From an uncultured virus (IMG/VR IMGVR_UViG_3300050343_000171) (taxonomy: Duplodnaviria; Heunggongvirae; Uroviricota; Caudoviricetes; Crassvirales), in IMG/VR virus record IMGVR_UViG_3300050343_000171: 64,000 nucleotides of DNA; one strand, written 5' to 3'. The notes beneath the pieces are model-generated. The model was not told where the DNA came from. It saw only the letters and a program-made list of their open reading frames with translations, and did not search any database. This document shows positions 53,293 to 64,000 of the stretch, piece after piece. The first letter of the stretch is position 1, and every line of letters begins with the position of its first letter. The position numbers and the translations under genes were made by a program.

Positions 53293-54243
53293 ATGGCAAT
53301 AAACGTAAATACTGTATACCAAACCGTTTTATTAATACTTAATAAAGAACAGAGAGGTTATATGACACCCGTAGAGTTTAACAAAACAGGTGCTCAAGCT
53401 CAATTAGAAATATTTGAAACATATTTTGACAGCTTAAATCAGCAAATACGTGTTCCACAAACAAATACAGATTACGCAGATAGAGTCGTAAATCTTGATG
53501 AAAAAATCTCTATATTTAAAAAGTTCGGAACAGCAACTTCAATCTCTTCAAGTAATGTTTTTGAACTACCAGGTTATAATGACTACACATCTGGTTTAAC
53601 TTCTGCATCACAAACATTTAACACTACTGCTGCTACTGCTTACACTTTAACTGGAAACGCTTTAACACTTTCAAATAATGATTCAAGTGTTTCTGTATTT
53701 TTAAATGGAGTTAAATTGGCACCAAATGCTTTTAGCTTAAGCGGATCTATTATTACATTATCTAGTGCTCCAGCTGCTGGCCAAGCGCTTATAGTAAATC
53801 TTTATGCAAACGAATTTTATAGACTAGGACAATTGTTTTATACTCCAGGAGCTTTAGATACTCAAGAACTAGAAAGAGTCACTAGATCTGATTTGTTTCA
53901 TTTAAATTCATCTAATTTAACTAAACCTTCAACAACATATCCTATATATGTTTATGAAAACAATCAAGTTATTGTTTATCCTATTACAATAACAAACGGG
54001 GTTCAAGCTGCATACATAAGAAAACCAGTACCACCACAATGGAATTTTACTTCAACCGCAGCATCAAACTATCAATATATTTATCAACCTGAAACCTCTG
54101 TTGATTTTGAAATACATTCAGCGGATCAAACAGAGCTTACGTTAAAAATATTATTATATGCGGGTGTTGTTATTGAAGACCCACAAATCGTACAGGTTGC
54201 AGCTCAACAAGTACAACAAGAAAACATTAATCAACAAAGATAA
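53293..54243 (+). CDS. Tail ring/adaptor-type structural protein
   Basis: VYQTVLLILNKEQRGYMTP.EFN...YIRKP..P.W; position in the structural module. Confidence 0.6.
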   Translation: MAINVNTVYQTVLLILNKEQRGYMTPVEFNKTGAQAQLEIFETYFDSLNQQIRVPQTNTDYADRVVNLDEKISIFKKFGTATSISSSNVFELPGYNDYTSGLTSASQTFNTTAATAYTLTGNALTLSNNDSSVSVFLNGVKLAPNAFSLSGSIITLSSAPAAGQALIVNLYANEFYRLGQLFYTPGALDTQELERVTRSDLFHLNSSNLTKPSTTYPIYVYENNQVIVYPITITNGVQAAYIRKPVPPQWNFTSTAASNYQYIYQPETSVDFEIHSADQTELTLKILLYAGVVIEDPQIVQVAAQQVQQENINQQR

Positions 54244-54249
54244 TAAATT

Positions 54250-56142
54250 ATGCCTATACCCAATGGAGGTTTAATAAACGAAACCAATAGTCAATATTAC
54301 GCTGGAGCTCAGCAGTTTTACATAAGCACAAGCGGTACTGGTAAGACGTTTACATCGACTTTTGATACTGATTTAGTTTTTGGAGGATCAGATCCTGCAA
54401 CCGGAAATTATAACAAGAACAATTTTAAAATGTTTACTAGTCCAAACGCAAATGTATGGACTGAATTATCTCCAATAGGATCTCAAGTTACAGGAACCGT
54501 TGTTAATGCAACTGGTTTTGCAAGCACGTCTGTAGATTTAACCGCTTATAACGAAGCTATACAAAGTGGCATGACCGTGTCTGGTGTTGGTGTAGAATCA
54601 GCAACAACTGTTCTTAGTGTTATTAATCCTGGAACTTCAATAACGGGAAGTGCTTATGTTCCTTTTGTTACAGGAAACATCGGTTCTATATTAAGTGATT
54701 ATAGTGTTATAATGAATGCAGATATAACAGCAAGTATACAAGCTTTGGGAGCTAATGCTGTTGTTGATGATCCTAATCCTGGAGGTGTAGGAACTTGGAC
54801 AGATTATACACCACCAACTTTTGTACAAACTGTATCTACTAATGGTGGTTTAACCACTATTAATTGGAATAAACTACAAAATGGAACAGGCGTTGGAATG
54901 CTTATTAGATTTCAACCAGCAATAACAGGTACAACAACCCTTACTTTAGGAACATATGATGCTACTATATTAGCAGGTATGGGTGTAAGTGGAAACTATA
55001 TATCAAATGGAACTATAGTTGTAAGTAATACTAATACAGCGGGGAGAAGTGTTTTGGTTTTAAACAAAAACATGACGCAAAGACCCGATAGTAGTGGTGT
55101 TTATACTTTTTTCAAACAAGAAATTACGCTTAATAAAAATGCTACTGTTGTTGACGCTGAGGTTTTAACATTTTCCAACGTTAATCCTTTCACGATGGTG
55201 AATAATGTTATAACTGTTAACACTGTTTTAGCTGCTGGCACTTATCTTAAAATACAGCTGAATGAAGATACCATGCACGATAGTAATGGTGATTATAGTT
55301 ACACAAGACTGTATGACGTTATAGATAATTTTTTAATTGCATATGTAGGAGAAGGTAAACTTATAACAAGTGTAAAAAGATCTGATGTTATATTTCACGC
55401 TAGAAGAGGATTACAAGAATTTAGTTATGATACGTTAAAAAGCATTAAATCTTCTGAACTTACAGTGCCTTCATCATTAAGTTTAACTATACCTCAAGAC
55501 TACGTTAATTATGTAAAATTATCTTGGGTTGATGAGTTAGGTGTTTTACATGTTATATATCCTACAAATAATTTAAATCAAAGCCCTTATTATACTTTTA
55601 GTCAAGATGACTTAGGTAATCCAATTCAAGATAATAATGATAATAATACAGAAGTTACTTCACAGATAAACCCTGTTTGGAGCAAAACTGATCCTAGAAG
55701 GATTAGCGGAGGATTTATTAATGAATTAAATAATGCCAACGCAGTGTTTGATCGTAGCGTTTATGAAGGTGCTTTAGGTCAAAGATATGGACTAGAACCT
55801 CAAACTAGTCAAAAAAATGGTTGGTTTAAAATTGATGAAAGAAAAGGTACTTTTAATTTTACAAGTAATTTAGCAAACAGACTTATATTATTACAATACA
55901 TTTCTGATGGTAATGCTTATGATCTTGATACAAGAATACCTAAACTAGCTGAAGAAGCTTTGTATTCTTATATAATATATGCTTTATTATCTACAAGTAC
56001 AGGTATACAAGAATATATAGTAAGAAGATTTCAAAAAGAAAAAAGTGCTAAACTAAGAAATGCAAAAATTAGATTATCTAATCTTAAACTTGATCAAATT
56101 GTTCAAGTTATGAGAGGTAAATCTAAGTGGCTTAAATTTTAA
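54250..56142 (+). CDS. Tail ring/adaptor-type structural protein with inserted beta domains
   Basis: RRGLQEFSYD...IPQDYVNYVKLSW...L.YISDG. Confidence 0.6.
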   Translation: MPIPNGGLINETNSQYYAGAQQFYISTSGTGKTFTSTFDTDLVFGGSDPATGNYNKNNFKMFTSPNANVWTELSPIGSQVTGTVVNATGFASTSVDLTAYNEAIQSGMTVSGVGVESATTVLSVINPGTSITGSAYVPFVTGNIGSILSDYSVIMNADITASIQALGANAVVDDPNPGGVGTWTDYTPPTFVQTVSTNGGLTTINWNKLQNGTGVGMLIRFQPAITGTTTLTLGTYDATILAGMGVSGNYISNGTIVVSNTNTAGRSVLVLNKNMTQRPDSSGVYTFFKQEITLNKNATVVDAEVLTFSNVNPFTMVNNVITVNTVLAAGTYLKIQLNEDTMHDSNGDYSYTRLYDVIDNFLIAYVGEGKLITSVKRSDVIFHARRGLQEFSYDTLKSIKSSELTVPSSLSLTIPQDYVNYVKLSWVDELGVLHVIYPTNNLNQSPYYTFSQDDLGNPIQDNNDNNTEVTSQINPVWSKTDPRRISGGFINELNNANAVFDRSVYEGALGQRYGLEPQTSQKNGWFKIDERKGTFNFTSNLANRLILLQYISDGNAYDLDTRIPKLAEEALYSYIIYALLSTSTGIQEYIVRRFQKEKSAKLRNAKIRLSNLKLDQIVQVMRGKSKWLKF

Positions 56143-56145
56143 TAC

Positions 56146-59100
56146 ATGGCAGAAATCAAAAATAGTTTTCTAAAGTCTAAAATGAATAAAGACTTAGACG
56201 ATAGACTAATACCTAACGGTGAATATAGAGATGCGCAGAATATATCTGTAGGTAAATCTGAATCCGACGATATTGGTTCTTTAGAAAATATATTAGGTAA
56301 TTTTAAACAAGAAGAGCTTATAGACATTGTCGGAACTAAGTTTGTAATAGGAGTATATGATGATGAGCCAAATGAAAGACTGTATTACTTTATAACAACA
56401 AATAATTCTCAAAACGTAACATGTAGTTTGTGTAGTAATTTTATAGTTGCTTATAACACTGATGGTTCAACTTTTGGAAATGGTAAAACATATCAAACAA
56501 TAGTTGAAGGATCATTTTTAAATTTTTCCACATTTTATCCTATTGTTGGAATTAATTTAATAGATGATTTATTATTTTGGACTGACAATAGAAATCAACC
56601 AAGAGTAATAAATGTAACAAATGAATTAGGGTATTATACAAAAGAAACAGATATATCTGTTGCTAAGTTTTCTCCTTATGAACCTATTAGTTTATTAAAA
56701 ACTACTACTAGCACGTTTACAAGCCAAGCAACTCCAACAGCAGGTGTTTTTGTTTTAAATATAGCTGCTAATACAAATATAACAGTAGGTATGTATGTGA
56801 CTGGTGGTACAACTTTAATAACAGATTTAGTTCAAGTAACAAAAGTTGTTAGCAGCACTCAACTTCACTTAACAGCTACTTTAACAGTTCCTGGAGGTAG
56901 TGGAACGGTTCTTACTTTTACAGGAACCACAATGACAAATGAAAAAAATAATGCTACTTGGCCAGGTGATCCAAATTATTTAGAAGATAAGTTTGTAAGA
57001 TTTAGCTATAGATATAGATATGCAGACGGAGAATATTCTGTTTTTGCTCCATTTACTCAACCTGCTTTTATTCCAAAACAAAAAGGTTATTTTATAAATG
57101 GTAACGAAAAAGATGCTTATAGAAGTACTATTTTAAGTTGGATGGAAAACGAAATTCAAAATGTAGAACTTTTAATTCCTTTGCCAGATATAGGTTCAAA
57201 TATAAAAGGAGAAAACCAAGCGCCTTTTGGTAGTTATAAAATTAACGAAATAGATATTCTTTACAAAGAGTCTGATGGTCTTGTTGTTAAAGTTTTAGAC
57301 ACTATATCTTCTTCAAACTTTGCAAATCTTACGACTAATGTTTATACATATAATTATCAGTCTACAAAACCATACAAAACTTTAACGGAAGCGCAAACAA
57401 TAAGAGTTTATGATCAAGTACCCACAAGGGCTTTAGCTCAAGAAAGCTCTGGTAATAGAGTTATTTATGGAAATTTTTATGATAAATATAGTCCTCCATC
57501 AAACGGTATATCATATAAAGTAGGTGTTAATAAAAAACAAATAAGTAATGATTATCAAAACTTTATTGAATATCCAAACAGCACGTTAAAGCAAAATAGA
57601 AATTATCAAGTTGGTTTTGTGTTAGGTGACAAGTTTGGAAGACAAACATCAGTTTTGTTATCTAATGAAATATCTGAATCTCAAACAATAAACGGTGTAA
57701 AATTTGGTTCTTCAACAATTTTTACTCCATATGATACTCAAGCTGAAGATGTTAAAGCTTGGTTTGGTGATGCTTTACAAGTGTATTTAGAAAATTCTAT
57801 TCAAGCTGGTGGAACTGACACTTATATAAGTGGACCAAGCAGTATAAATACGCCTAACACTGAAATAGGTAGTGATCCTGGCTTGTATGCAATGGCAAAA
57901 AATGGTAACACAGGTTTTAACGCCGCTGCTGGTTCTTCTGTGGCTGGAAAAGTTTACACGTTTACTTTAACAGGTGCTGCAACTGGTGTTCCAGTAACTG
58001 GAGATTTTCTTAGAGGAGAGTTTACAGACTATGTTAAAGTTTTAAGTGCACCTAATGATGGCGCAACACCACCAGTTTATACCGTAACATGTGACGGTGA
58101 TGTTAATACAAAGCTATATTCTTTAACTGTTCCTGCTACTAATCCTGATCCAAAATATTGTTATAAATTAAATGAAACAGGTTGGTATTCATACAAAGTA
58201 GTGGTTAAACAAAATGAACAAGATTATTACAATGCATATCTTCCGGGTGTATTAAATGGTTACCCTGCTCAAATAACAACATTACCAAATCCAAATCCAG
58301 GTAATGTTGAATTACCAATACCTTTTCCTGTTAATGAAGAAGGTAAAACTGCTAATATTGTTTTAATAAATGATAATATAAATAAAATACCTAGAGATCT
58401 AGCAGAAGTTGGTCCTGATCAAAAACAATTTTCTAGTTCAGTTGAGTTATATGGTAGAGTTAATAATACTGCAACATCAAATGTTCAGTTTTATCCTGGT
58501 AACTTTTCTGATACAGCTATAAGCATATCTACAGCGGATGATTCTAATATGGTTCCAAACACATTAACAACTGTTGGTCAAGGAAATTTATATCAAATTG
58601 ATACAAATCCGTTAATAGCAAGAATATCTACATCTTTACCTATAGGTGTTACCACTGCTACTATGACACAGCAATTAGCCGTATATGAAACACAACCCGT
58701 AGAATCTATTTTAGATTTATACTGGGAGTCAACAACTACAGGTTTAATATCAGATTTAAATGCAGACATTAATAGTGGTTTTAATGGTGCTGTTGGTTTT
58801 TCTACATTTACATACGCTCAGACAGAACTTAATCCTACTGGTTTTAACGTTTTAAGCGCTGCATTTTTTCCAGTTAATGCAGCTGGAACCAATATAACAA
58901 CAGCTACACTTGATCCAACTACTTTTTCGGCAGTTAATTTTGCTGGTGTTGCTCAAGATTTTGTATTAACTGACAACGCTGGTAACCCTCCTTCTAATAC
59001 ATATAATGGCCCTTGGCAAATAAAAACAACAAATAATTTTGTTTACAATGCGGCATTTGCAGGGACTGGAGTTGGAACAAGTGGAAGTACTCAATTTTCT

Positions 59101-60669
59101 AATGGTCAAAGGTTTAAATTTACAATGACTTTTGATGTTAGTGGTCAAACTAGCACATTAAGCTTTTTTGGAAACTTAACAAATTTAGCACCTTCTTTTA
59201 CAGGTGTTTCTTTAAATCCATTTACTGTTGCATCAAGCGCTACAAACCCTTTGCGAAGATCAGGATCGTCAAGTCCTGTGTTACAAGGTGTTAATGGTGC
59301 TCTTACCTCGCCAACAACAAATTTAAAATTTAGCATATCTTCTCAACCTTCTGGTAATTATTTTTCAATAGATGCTGCAACTGGTGAGCTAAGTAAAAAT
59401 CAAAATACCCCAGTTGGCGCTTATAGTCTTAGCGTTTTAGTTCAAGACGCTTTTGATACTAGCATAATACCAGGAGTTGGTTTAGGTCAAGGTTCTCTTT
59501 CTAGTTCTATTGGAACTTTAGTTGTTACAGTGGGTCAAGCAGCTTTAAATGCGGGTGCTATATCACCTTGTATTGATCCTAGTGTTACTCCAACAGCTGC
59601 TAATACAGTTGTTGTACCAAATATATCAACAACAATTAATGCATGTTGGTATCTTTCTGACAATACTTTAGTAGGTAATACAAATCCTGCAACAAATGAT
59701 TTTGAAGGAACTGGTTATCCAGGATCAAACACTGTAGCTCCTCAAAATGGTGGACAACCTTGGAGACTAGGTAACAGTGCAGCTGGTAAATCAGACGTTA
59801 AATCAGGAACTATTGTTTTTTCAATAAATACTACACAAAATAAAACAACTAACGATTTAAGTATTTTATCTACTAGTGTTGATAGTTTTACAGTTTGGAA
59901 AAGAACTCCTGCAATTGGCGGAACACCCGCAACTACTTGGGTTAAAGCAACAGATATTAATAATAGACAACAAAATCCTTTAGAACAAAGTTTGCTTTTA
60001 ACAAACACAGCTATTAATACTAAAAAATATGGTCAATATATTTTTGCTTTTGAAGCACCTAGTACTAACAGCGAAGAGTATGCTATAGTTGCAACTAGCA
60101 TTGAGTGTATAAATGCAACGGTTGCTGGTGAATTTCCACAAGTAACAGTAAATTCACAAGATTTATATAATGATTCATGTGTTATTATACCTGATGGAAC
60201 AGGAACAAATTATGGTACAACAGCTGCAACTACACCTAAAAGCTATAGATACAAGGTAGGAACACCTAATGGTAATAGTAATATAGGTGCTCCAGGTGGT
60301 GGTGCTGCTGGATCTGTTAATCTTTTTGCTTTTACACCTTATGGAGAATATGTAAAACAATTTTACACAACATATCAATTAACTGCAGAACCAAACTGGA
60401 CTAACGCAGCTGGATCTCCAGGTAATGTTGCATATGATACAAATGGAAATAATATTGCGTACCCTTGGAACGCTGTTTCAGTTGTTACGTCTACAACACC
60501 TGCTTTTAGCACTATGACTGATTACCAAGATTATAATTTTTCAGCACGAATGATTGTAAGCGGTGGAGTGATGACGGTTACTGGTGGTAATGTTGGAAAC
60601 TATGGTAACACTACTGGTGCTGGAGGTACTGTTAACCCATTATTAAGAATTTTAGGTGGTACGAGTTAA
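56146..60669 (+). CDS. Large tail (stabilisation/nozzle-type) protein, N-terminal part with Ig-like extensions
   Basis: F..KMNKDLDDRLIPNGEYRDAQNI, LLFWTDNRNQPR.IN and FVRFSYRY motifs. Confidence 0.7.
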   Translation: MAEIKNSFLKSKMNKDLDDRLIPNGEYRDAQNISVGKSESDDIGSLENILGNFKQEELIDIVGTKFVIGVYDDEPNERLYYFITTNNSQNVTCSLCSNFIVAYNTDGSTFGNGKTYQTIVEGSFLNFSTFYPIVGINLIDDLLFWTDNRNQPRVINVTNELGYYTKETDISVAKFSPYEPISLLKTTTSTFTSQATPTAGVFVLNIAANTNITVGMYVTGGTTLITDLVQVTKVVSSTQLHLTATLTVPGGSGTVLTFTGTTMTNEKNNATWPGDPNYLEDKFVRFSYRYRYADGEYSVFAPFTQPAFIPKQKGYFINGNEKDAYRSTILSWMENEIQNVELLIPLPDIGSNIKGENQAPFGSYKINEIDILYKESDGLVVKVLDTISSSNFANLTTNVYTYNYQSTKPYKTLTEAQTIRVYDQVPTRALAQESSGNRVIYGNFYDKYSPPSNGISYKVGVNKKQISNDYQNFIEYPNSTLKQNRNYQVGFVLGDKFGRQTSVLLSNEISESQTINGVKFGSSTIFTPYDTQAEDVKAWFGDALQVYLENSIQAGGTDTYISGPSSINTPNTEIGSDPGLYAMAKNGNTGFNAAAGSSVAGKVYTFTLTGAATGVPVTGDFLRGEFTDYVKVLSAPNDGATPPVYTVTCDGDVNTKLYSLTVPATNPDPKYCYKLNETGWYSYKVVVKQNEQDYYNAYLPGVLNGYPAQITTLPNPNPGNVELPIPFPVNEEGKTANIVLINDNINKIPRDLAEVGPDQKQFSSSVELYGRVNNTATSNVQFYPGNFSDTAISISTADDSNMVPNTLTTVGQGNLYQIDTNPLIARISTSLPIGVTTATMTQQLAVYETQPVESILDLYWESTTTGLISDLNADINSGFNGAVGFSTFTYAQTELNPTGFNVLSAAFFPVNAAGTNITTATLDPTTFSAVNFAGVAQDFVLTDNAGNPPSNTYNGPWQIKTTNNFVYNAAFAGTGVGTSGSTQFSNGQRFKFTMTFDVSGQTSTLSFFGNLTNLAPSFTGVSLNPFTVASSATNPLRRSGSSSPVLQGVNGALTSPTTNLKFSISSQPSGNYFSIDAATGELSKNQNTPVGAYSLSVLVQDAFDTSIIPGVGLGQGSLSSSIGTLVVTVGQAALNAGAISPCIDPSVTPTAANTVVVPNISTTINACWYLSDNTLVGNTNPATNDFEGTGYPGSNTVAPQNGGQPWRLGNSAAGKSDVKSGTIVFSINTTQNKTTNDLSILSTSVDSFTVWKRTPAIGGTPATTWVKATDINNRQQNPLEQSLLLTNTAINTKKYGQYIFAFEAPSTNSEEYAIVATSIECINATVAGEFPQVTVNSQDLYNDSCVIIPDGTGTNYGTTAATTPKSYRYKVGTPNGNSNIGAPGGGAAGSVNLFAFTPYGEYVKQFYTTYQLTAEPNWTNAAGSPGNVAYDTNGNNIAYPWNAVSVVTSTTPAFSTMTDYQDYNFSARMIVSGGVMTVTGGNVGNYGNTTGAGGTVNPLLRILGGTS

Positions 60670-60671
60670 TA

Positions 60672-60700
60672 GTAATAATGTTAAAAAATAAGTGATAATA
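60672..60700 (+). promoter_or_regulatory. Putative class II promoter
   Basis: GTAATAATGTTAAAAAATAAGTGATAATA, 4 nt before the ATG. Confidence 0.5.
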
Positions 60701-60704
60701 AATT

Positions 60705-62807
60705 ATGGCGGCAACACTTGAATTAAAATATTTCAACTCCTTTTGGTTAAAGAGATTAAAAACAATGGAGCCAGTACGTTCAACTACTACTACAGGTATT
60801 GTTGCGATAAGTATAACAAATCCTAATCAAACACAATTTAAATTACAACTTGGTAATGATCAAATAAACGTAGGAGATAACGTTCTTAAAAATAATAGTA
60901 TTATAACTAAAATTACATCTATACCTAGTGGTGTAGGCCAAACAGATCCTCCTACTATTTTTAATTGCGATAGTTTAGGTTCTACGCTTTTAGCTGTTGG
61001 AGATATTTTAACATTTAAAGTAAGAGCTGGAAATAGTGGAGCTGGTGTTACAGCTATACAGATTAATGCAAGCAAACAAGTTGGTCCTGGCCAAACAGTT
61101 AGTGGATTTCCTACAGCTGGAGGTTCACCTGCTAGTGGTAAAATAATTTCTTACACATACAGCGCAGGTGGTACAACAGATTTTGTTATAGATACACCTG
61201 TCAATGTTGGCACAGGTATATCATTGGATTTTACAGATCTTAATGATTTTTCATACATACCTAAGCTTTATAATGGAGATATTGTGAATGATTGGTACAT
61301 AGAGGAATCTAGAATAAGAGCTGGTTATAATAACACGTCGGTTGATCTAGGTGTTAAAGCTTATATAGTAGAAGATAATCCACAACAACAGCATAGATTT
61401 AATTCTATGATATATTCAGGAGTTTTTAACTCTAGAACTGGTGTTAACAATACAAATCAATTTTCTGTTGGAACAGATATAACAAGAAGCTTAAATCCAA
61501 TTTACGCATCAATTCAGAAGCTATACGCAGAAGATACAAACTTAATTATATTTCAAGAAGAAAAAGTAAGTAGAGCTTTAATTGATAAAGATGCAATATT
61601 TTCTGCAGAAGGTATGCCAATTACTACATCTGGAGCACAGGTAATAGGGCAAGTTGTAGGTTATGCAGGAGAATATGGTATATCAAAAGATCCACAAAGT
61701 TTTGCGGTATATGGTTATAGAAAATATTTTACTGACAGAAAAAGAAACTGTGTTTGTAGGTTGTCTAAAGATGGTATAACTGAAATTTCTAGTTACGGTA
61801 TGCATGACTTTTTTAGAGATGAATTATCTAAATCTTCAGTAAATAATGTAGTAGGAGCTTGGGACATGCATACTAAAAATTACGTTTTATCTATACAGCA
61901 ACAACAAGGTGGTCAAGTTGGCCAAAATGGAGGATCTGCAGCCGCTGCAGGTGATAGTGTAACTGTTACGCTTAACGCACAAATTGGTCCTATTGTAGCG
62001 GGAGATAACATATATAGTTATACTACTTCTGGTCAAATAACAGGAGAATTTTATGGTACTATAACTAGCGTGACAACAATAGGTAGTCCAGGTAATCCTG
62101 CAATTTTTGTTGCTAATTTAACAAAACAAATACCAGCACTTCAGGTTATTATATGTTGGAGAGAGCCATTTTCTACAGTTATGTTTGATGAAACTGTTTT
62201 AGGTTGGACAAGTTTTATAAGCTTTAAACCATCAACAATGATTAGTAGTGGTGCTAATTTTTATTCCACTTCTAGCACTGGATCAGCAGTATATAAGCAT
62301 CATACTCTTAATTCAGATTATCTAAATCAATACGCTAATTTTTATGGTGTTACAAATAATTCATCAGTAACGTTAGTTTTAAATGCAAATCCATCTGTTG
62401 TTAAAAATTTTAAAACAATAAATTATGAAGGCGGTACAGAATGGGAAATGAATTCTTTTACTGCTTCAGAAGTTTCTTCAGCAATTACACCAACGCTTAG
62501 TTCAACAAACGTTAAAACTACAGGATTACCTGTTTTTAAATATTATCAACCCTTAACTTTAAATGATTTAGAAACTAGTTTATGGGCTAATACTTTTAAA
62601 AGAAAAGAAAATAAATATTTTGCTAATATAGTAAATAGTACAGAAGTACAAAACGCTGAGGTTATATTTGGTCAAAACATAGGTGGAGTAAAAGGATTTT
62701 TTGCTGAAACTAAATTTGTATTAGATAATAATAAAGGTAACGTTGGAGGTTATGGTAAAAAAGAATTATTTTCTGTGTCTTCTGAAATAGTAGAATCATC
62801 ATATTAA
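60705..62807 (+). CDS. Tail stabilisation/nozzle-type protein, C-terminal part
   Basis: IEESRIR..YN, SIQKLYAEDTNL, YAGEYGIS..P.SFA and KNFKTINYEG. Confidence 0.7.
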   Translation: MAATLELKYFNSFWLKRLKTMEPVRSTTTTGIVAISITNPNQTQFKLQLGNDQINVGDNVLKNNSIITKITSIPSGVGQTDPPTIFNCDSLGSTLLAVGDILTFKVRAGNSGAGVTAIQINASKQVGPGQTVSGFPTAGGSPASGKIISYTYSAGGTTDFVIDTPVNVGTGISLDFTDLNDFSYIPKLYNGDIVNDWYIEESRIRAGYNNTSVDLGVKAYIVEDNPQQQHRFNSMIYSGVFNSRTGVNNTNQFSVGTDITRSLNPIYASIQKLYAEDTNLIIFQEEKVSRALIDKDAIFSAEGMPITTSGAQVIGQVVGYAGEYGISKDPQSFAVYGYRKYFTDRKRNCVCRLSKDGITEISSYGMHDFFRDELSKSSVNNVVGAWDMHTKNYVLSIQQQQGGQVGQNGGSAAAAGDSVTVTLNAQIGPIVAGDNIYSYTTSGQITGEFYGTITSVTTIGSPGNPAIFVANLTKQIPALQVIICWREPFSTVMFDETVLGWTSFISFKPSTMISSGANFYSTSSTGSAVYKHHTLNSDYLNQYANFYGVTNNSSVTLVLNANPSVVKNFKTINYEGGTEWEMNSFTASEVSSAITPTLSSTNVKTTGLPVFKYYQPLTLNDLETSLWANTFKRKENKYFANIVNSTEVQNAEVIFGQNIGGVKGFFAETKFVLDNNKGNVGGYGKKELFSVSSEIVESSY

Positions 62808-63218
62808 ATGAAATTAAATATAAGAAAATTAAAAGATTCTGATTGGAATACTTTAGTAGAACTTTGGAATGGTTGGCCTGAATGGGTTAATCATCCTACA
62901 AAAGATATGTTGCCAGAAAATGGTACAGGTGGTTTTATAGTTGAAAAAAATAAAACACCTATTGTAGCTGGATTTATGTATACAACAAATTCTAAAGTTG
63001 CTTGGTTAGAGTGGATTGTTTCTAATGTAAACTACAAAAGCAAAGATAAAAATGATGCTATAAAATTATTAATCGCAGGAATAGAACATGTAGCAAAAGA
63101 AAGTGGTTTTAAAATTATACTTAGCATTGGAAGAAATAAAAACTTAATAAACACTCACAAAGAAATAGGTTATCAAGTAGATGATAAACCATCTTATGAA
63201 ATAATAAAAATAATTTAA
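62808..63218 (+). CDS. GNAT-fold acetyltransferase-like protein
   Basis: 136 aa with a GNAT-like pattern, located between tail and ejection genes as in many podoviruses. Confidence 0.55.
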   Translation: MKLNIRKLKDSDWNTLVELWNGWPEWVNHPTKDMLPENGTGGFIVEKNKTPIVAGFMYTTNSKVAWLEWIVSNVNYKSKDKNDAIKLLIAGIEHVAKESGFKIILSIGRNKNLINTHKEIGYQVDDKPSYEIIKII

Positions 63219-63220
63219 TT

Positions 63221-64000
63221 ATGGCAGCATTTACAGCAATTGCAGGCACAGCATTAAGTGTAGTTGGTGGAGCGGTTCAAGCTAACCAAGGTAGAAAAGC
63301 GGCAAGAAGAGCAAGGGCAGCTCAGCAAGCTGCTCAAATTAAAATGGAAGCAATTAAAAGAAGACGTACTCCAATTACAAATCCTTATGCAAACACAAAA
63401 AATTTATCTAATTTAGCTACAGATCTTTCTGGACAAATAAATAATCCTTTTGCTAGCTTAGGCGTTGCTACTCAAGCAGCAGAAATACAAATGGAACAAG
63501 CAGATATTGCTTTAGCAAACACTTTAGATACGTTAAGAGCAACTGGTGCAAGTGCTGGTGGTGCAACTGCTTTAGCTCAAGCTGCTTTGCAAAGTAAAAA
63601 AGGTGTTTCTGCTAATATTGAACAGCAAGAAGCTACAAACGAAAAACTAAAAGCACAAGGAGAACAACAGCTTCAGCAAATGAAAATGTCTGAACAACAA
63701 AGATTACAAAATATTGCTATATCAGAAGGACAAAGACTACAAGCCGCTGATGCACAAGGTAAGCAGTTTATGTTTAGTGCTAATGAACAAAGAATAAATA
63801 TGGATCTTAACAGAGCCGCTGGTCAAGAGCAGCAAGCTTCACAAAATCTTATTGATGCAAACACTGCAACAGCTGCAGGATATGGTTCAGCATTAAGCGC
63901 TGTTGGCACAATCGCTGCCGCATCTTTAACCGGAAGAGACACAACGGGTCAAGTTAGTTTTAAACAGTATCAAGCAGCTCCTGGAAATTATGGAAAAAGT
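63221..64000 (+). CDS. Ejection / internal virion protein (3'-truncated)
   Basis: Hand translation MAAFTAIAGTALSVVGGAVQANQGRKAARR...; A/G-rich hydrophobic N-terminus and Q/A-rich coiled coil. Confidence 0.65.
   Translation, partial: MAAFTAIAGTALSVVGGAVQANQGRKAARRARAAQQAAQIKMEAIKRRRTPITNPYANTKNLSNLATDLSGQINNPFASLGVATQAAEIQMEQADIALANTLDTLRATGASAGGATALAQAALQSKKGVSANIEQQEATNEKLKAQGEQQLQQMKMSEQQRLQNIAISEGQRLQAADAQGKQFMFSANEQRINMDLNRAAGQEQQASQNLIDANTATAAGYGSALSAVGTIAAASLTGRDTTGQVSFKQYQAAPGNYGKS

Noticed and set aside
3734..61075. Short antisense or alternate-frame ORFs in the track (e.g. 27463-27801, 38155-38484, 45365-45967)
   Set aside because: They are shadows of well-supported genes and have no recognisable motifs.
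1..64000. Stop-codon reassignment
   Set aside because: Fragments continue in different frames rather than through in-frame TAG or TGA. Long genes are intact under the standard code, and no suppressor tRNA is seen.

Overview
The window is about 64 kb of an AT-rich tailed-phage genome. It has a podovirus-like layout similar to marine Bacteroidota/Flavobacteria phages that encode GroEL/GroES; the host assignment is inference. Many genes are broken by single-base indels, most likely long-read errors rather than pseudogenes. Layout: (1) 1-6.5 kb (+): C-terminal part of a giant virion/ejection-type protein and three small genes. (2) 6.6-19.3 kb (-): nucleotide metabolism and replication module with class Ia NrdA/NrdB, endonuclease, MazG-like protein, a ThyA-fold enzyme carrying the cytosine-type specificity residue, primase-helicase, SSB, RecE-like exonuclease, ERF, a sigma-70 factor, an HTH protein, a glycosylase-like protein and ATP-dependent ligase. 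(3) 19.3-24.6 kb (-): early region of small ORFs, each group preceded by a repeated promoter-like motif, plus a non-coding RNA cluster. (4) 24.9-64 kb (+): tail fibres, GroEL/GroES, lysis genes, terminase, portal, scaffold, major capsid and tail/ejection genes. Most notable: a cluster of tRNA-like and structured RNAs, including an 80-nt RNA shaped like the tRNA-like domain of tmRNA without an mRNA domain and a 43-nt acceptor+T-arm minihelix; a 7-codon micro-ORF (MEDDLPF) duplicating the SSB tail; a probable dCMP-modifying enzyme; two promoter classes; a pair of inverted 13-bp-arm sites bracketing the early region; and nucleotide-level conserved junction motifs in modular tail fibres.
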